This document shows positions 62,139 through 64,000 of a stretch of DNA of 64,000 bases, in pieces. Location of the stretch: positions 1,366,001 through 1,430,000 of the forward strand of contig CM075997.1 in the NCBI GenBank assembly GCA_038087875.1, given 5' to 3'. Below the pieces are notes generated by a model. It saw only the letters and a program-made list of their open reading frames with translations. It was not told the DNA's origin and ran no database searches. Numbering within the stretch: position 1 is the first letter of the stretch; every line of letters starts with the position of its first letter. The stretch is from Malacoraja senta (Eukaryota). The position numbers and the translations under genes are program-made.

Positions 62139-63054
62139 CTGTAAAACAGCAACCACCCTTGAGCGACTTGCAGCAGAGCTGGTTGGACAGCAAAGAAACA
62201 AGGTGGCGGCAACAAGGTTGAATGAAAAAAATAAAAAAATAAAAAGCAGATGCTGGAAATCTGAAATTAAAAACAACAGAAAATGCTGGAATAACTCAGC
62301 ATGTCAGGCAACATCTGAGTGAAATATTCTTTATGTCTTTGAATTTAATAATCATTCAGAAACACCTGGGTGGCATGGTGGGAACCATCCATAGTACAGA
62401 TACATGATAACTTCTGTGACTAGTACACAGAATTGCTTCCTTACAGCGCCAGGGACCTGGGTTCAATCCTGTTTACGGCTGCTGTCTGCAGAGTTTGCAC
62501 GTTCTTCCGTGACCTCGTGGGTTTTCTCGGGGTGCTCTGGTTCCCTCCCACACTCGAGACAGTCTGAAGGAAGGTCTCTACCCGAAATGTCACCTATTCC
62601 TTTTCTCAAGAGATGCTACCTGATCCGCTGAGTTACTCCAGCTGTTTGTGTCTACCTTTGGTTTAAACCAGCATCTGCAGTTCCTTTGCTGGTGCTGGCT
62701 CGAGGGGCCGAATGGCCTCCTCCTGCACCTATTTTCTATGTTTCTATGTTTCCTGCACGTGGATAGGACAGGTTTGGAGGGAGATGGACCAAACGCAGGC
62801 AGGTGGTAGTGTAGCTGGGACATGTTGGCCGGTGCGGACAAGGTGGGCCGAAGGGCCTGTTTCCACGCTGTATCACTCTATGACTCTGTATCAACATTTC
62901 ACCATTTGGCAAAATTGAACATATCGGCTAAATTATAATCCGTGCCAGCCCCTTTAACCCGTGGCACTGCCCCTTTAAGGGGGCCATGGATGCCGTTGGC
63001 CTCACAGCGACCGGCGCTCACCGACACCCAGCGCCTTCCCGCCGCTGTAGTCAC

Positions 63055-63146
63055 CGTTTCTGCGCCTCCAGCCCCCACAGGCGGATCTGCCGGTCGTACT
63101 GAGCCGCCTCCTCCTCGCTGATCACCGCTTCTTCGTTCTCCACCAT
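63055..63146 (-). CDS. SAE1: SAE1 first coding exon
   Basis: Minus strand reads ggcgtcATGG (good Kozak context), encoding MVENEEAVISEEEAAQYDRQIRLWGLEAQK(R), with donor GTGACT. Lies in a CpG island. Confidence 0.97.
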
Positions 63147-63204
63147 GACGCCGCCGTCTGTCTGTCCGCCCGCCCGCTCGATCGCTCACCGCCCTCTCGC
63201 CCGA

Positions 63205-63462
63205 CGCGCTGACGTCTTCGTTGCTCGGGCGTCCGCCGCGCCGACGTCGTCGTTGCTCGGGCGTCCGCCGCGCTGACGTCGTCGTTGCTCGGACGTCCGC
63301 CGCGCTGACGTCGCCGTTGCTCGGGCGTCCGCCGCGCTGACGTCGTCGTTGCTCGGGCGTCCGCCGCGCTGACGTCGTCGTCTCCCGGGCGCCCGACGCG
63401 CTGACGTCCTCGTCTCCCGGGCGCCAGACGCGCTGACGTCCTCGTTTTCCGTTGGCGCCCGA
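63205..63462. repeat. 32-bp GC-rich minisatellite, 8 units, in the SAE1 promoter/5' UTR
   Basis: Unit cgcgctgacgtcgtcgttgctcgggcgtccgc starts at 63205, 63237, 63269, 63301, 63333, 63365, 63397 and 63429. The last three units are diverged. Confidence 0.95.
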
Positions 63463-63627
63463 CGCGATTGTGTCAGACGCCGTGTCCGTGTCACGTGATC
63501 CGGCCCGCCCTCGCCGTGACGTCATGCTGGTTACGGCCTGGCGCCACTTTGTTTCCATGCAGCCTGACGTCACGCCATTCATTCATTCATCCTTTCATCC
63601 ATCCGTTCATTCATTCATTCATTGAGG

Positions 63628-63642
63628 GCGCCCCCTGGGGTC
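63628..63642 (-). promoter_or_regulatory. CTCF-like motif at the upstream edge of the SAE1 CpG island
   Basis: Minus strand reads GACCCCAGGGGGCGC. Confidence 0.4.
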
Positions 63643-64000
63643 GCCATTGACCAGAAACTCAACAGGAACACACACATATTAATGCCCACATCTGAGATGT
63701 TCTCATTCTTTAGAAACATAGAAAATAGGTGCAGGAGGAGGCCATTCGGCCCTTCGAGCTAGGGCCTCGGGTGTTCCCCTCTCCCATCATAGAGGAGGCC
63801 CTCACTCATGTCTCCTTGGTACCACGCAGCTCCGCCCTTGCTCCCCCTCCCCCTAGTCCTTACCTTCCACCCCATCAGCCGTCGCATACAACACTTAATC
63901 CTCCTAAATATCCGCCACCCCTCCCCCACCTCCCGTTTCGGGTCGAGACCCTTCTTCAGACTGAGAGTCAGGGGGGGAATGGAAGCAAGAGATAGAGACG

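Larger units (their letters stand above)
62940..63660 (-). promoter_or_regulatory. CpG-island promoter/5' region of SAE1 with CRE, E-box and GC-box motifs
   Basis: Very CpG-dense. Perfect TGACGTCA at 63517-63524 and 63565-63572, TCACGTGA at 63491-63498, and CCCGCCC boxes. Surrounds the SAE1 start codon. Confidence 0.85.

Noticed and set aside
62899..63582. 227-aa Arg-rich repetitive ORF
   Set aside because: It comes from the stop-poor GC-rich 32-bp minisatellite and CpG island; the real SAE1 exon 1 is in another frame.

Overview
Eukaryotic, very repeat-rich vertebrate DNA. The repeat content (HE1-like tRNA-headed SINEs, CR1 tails, Penelope-like fragments) suggests a cartilaginous fish, probably a skate or ray; this is an inference. 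Two genes can be rebuilt by hand. SAE1 (SUMO E1 subunit 1) has exons 7-9 on the + strand at 6063-8683. Its CpG-island promoter and exons 1-3 are on the - strand at 60251-63146, on the far side of a 200-N gap (53872-54071), which suggests a mis-oriented contig. Exons 4-6 were not found in the window. BBC3/PUMA is on the - strand, with coding exons 37299-37077, 33137-32968 and 26372-26271 giving 164 aa with the BH3 motif LRLMGDQL, tail-to-tail with the SAE1 3' end as in mammals. Most ORFs in the supplied track are repeat artefacts. The most notable non-gene signals are: many Penelope-derived, often palindromic elements carrying minimal dimer-type hammerhead ribozyme cores with covarying stems; P-element-style excision footprints of an 8-bp-TSD MITE; candidate structured RNAs in SAE1 introns; a 124/141-bp inverted-repeat pair; a TTAGGG-containing MITE; a zero-spacer p53 element and intragenic CTCF motifs in BBC3; and two minisatellites near promoters (a CRE array at SAE1, and an array of miR-221/222 seed matches upstream of BBC3). 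All calls were made by eye without database searches. Repeat boundaries are approximate and only representative SINE/LINE copies are listed.
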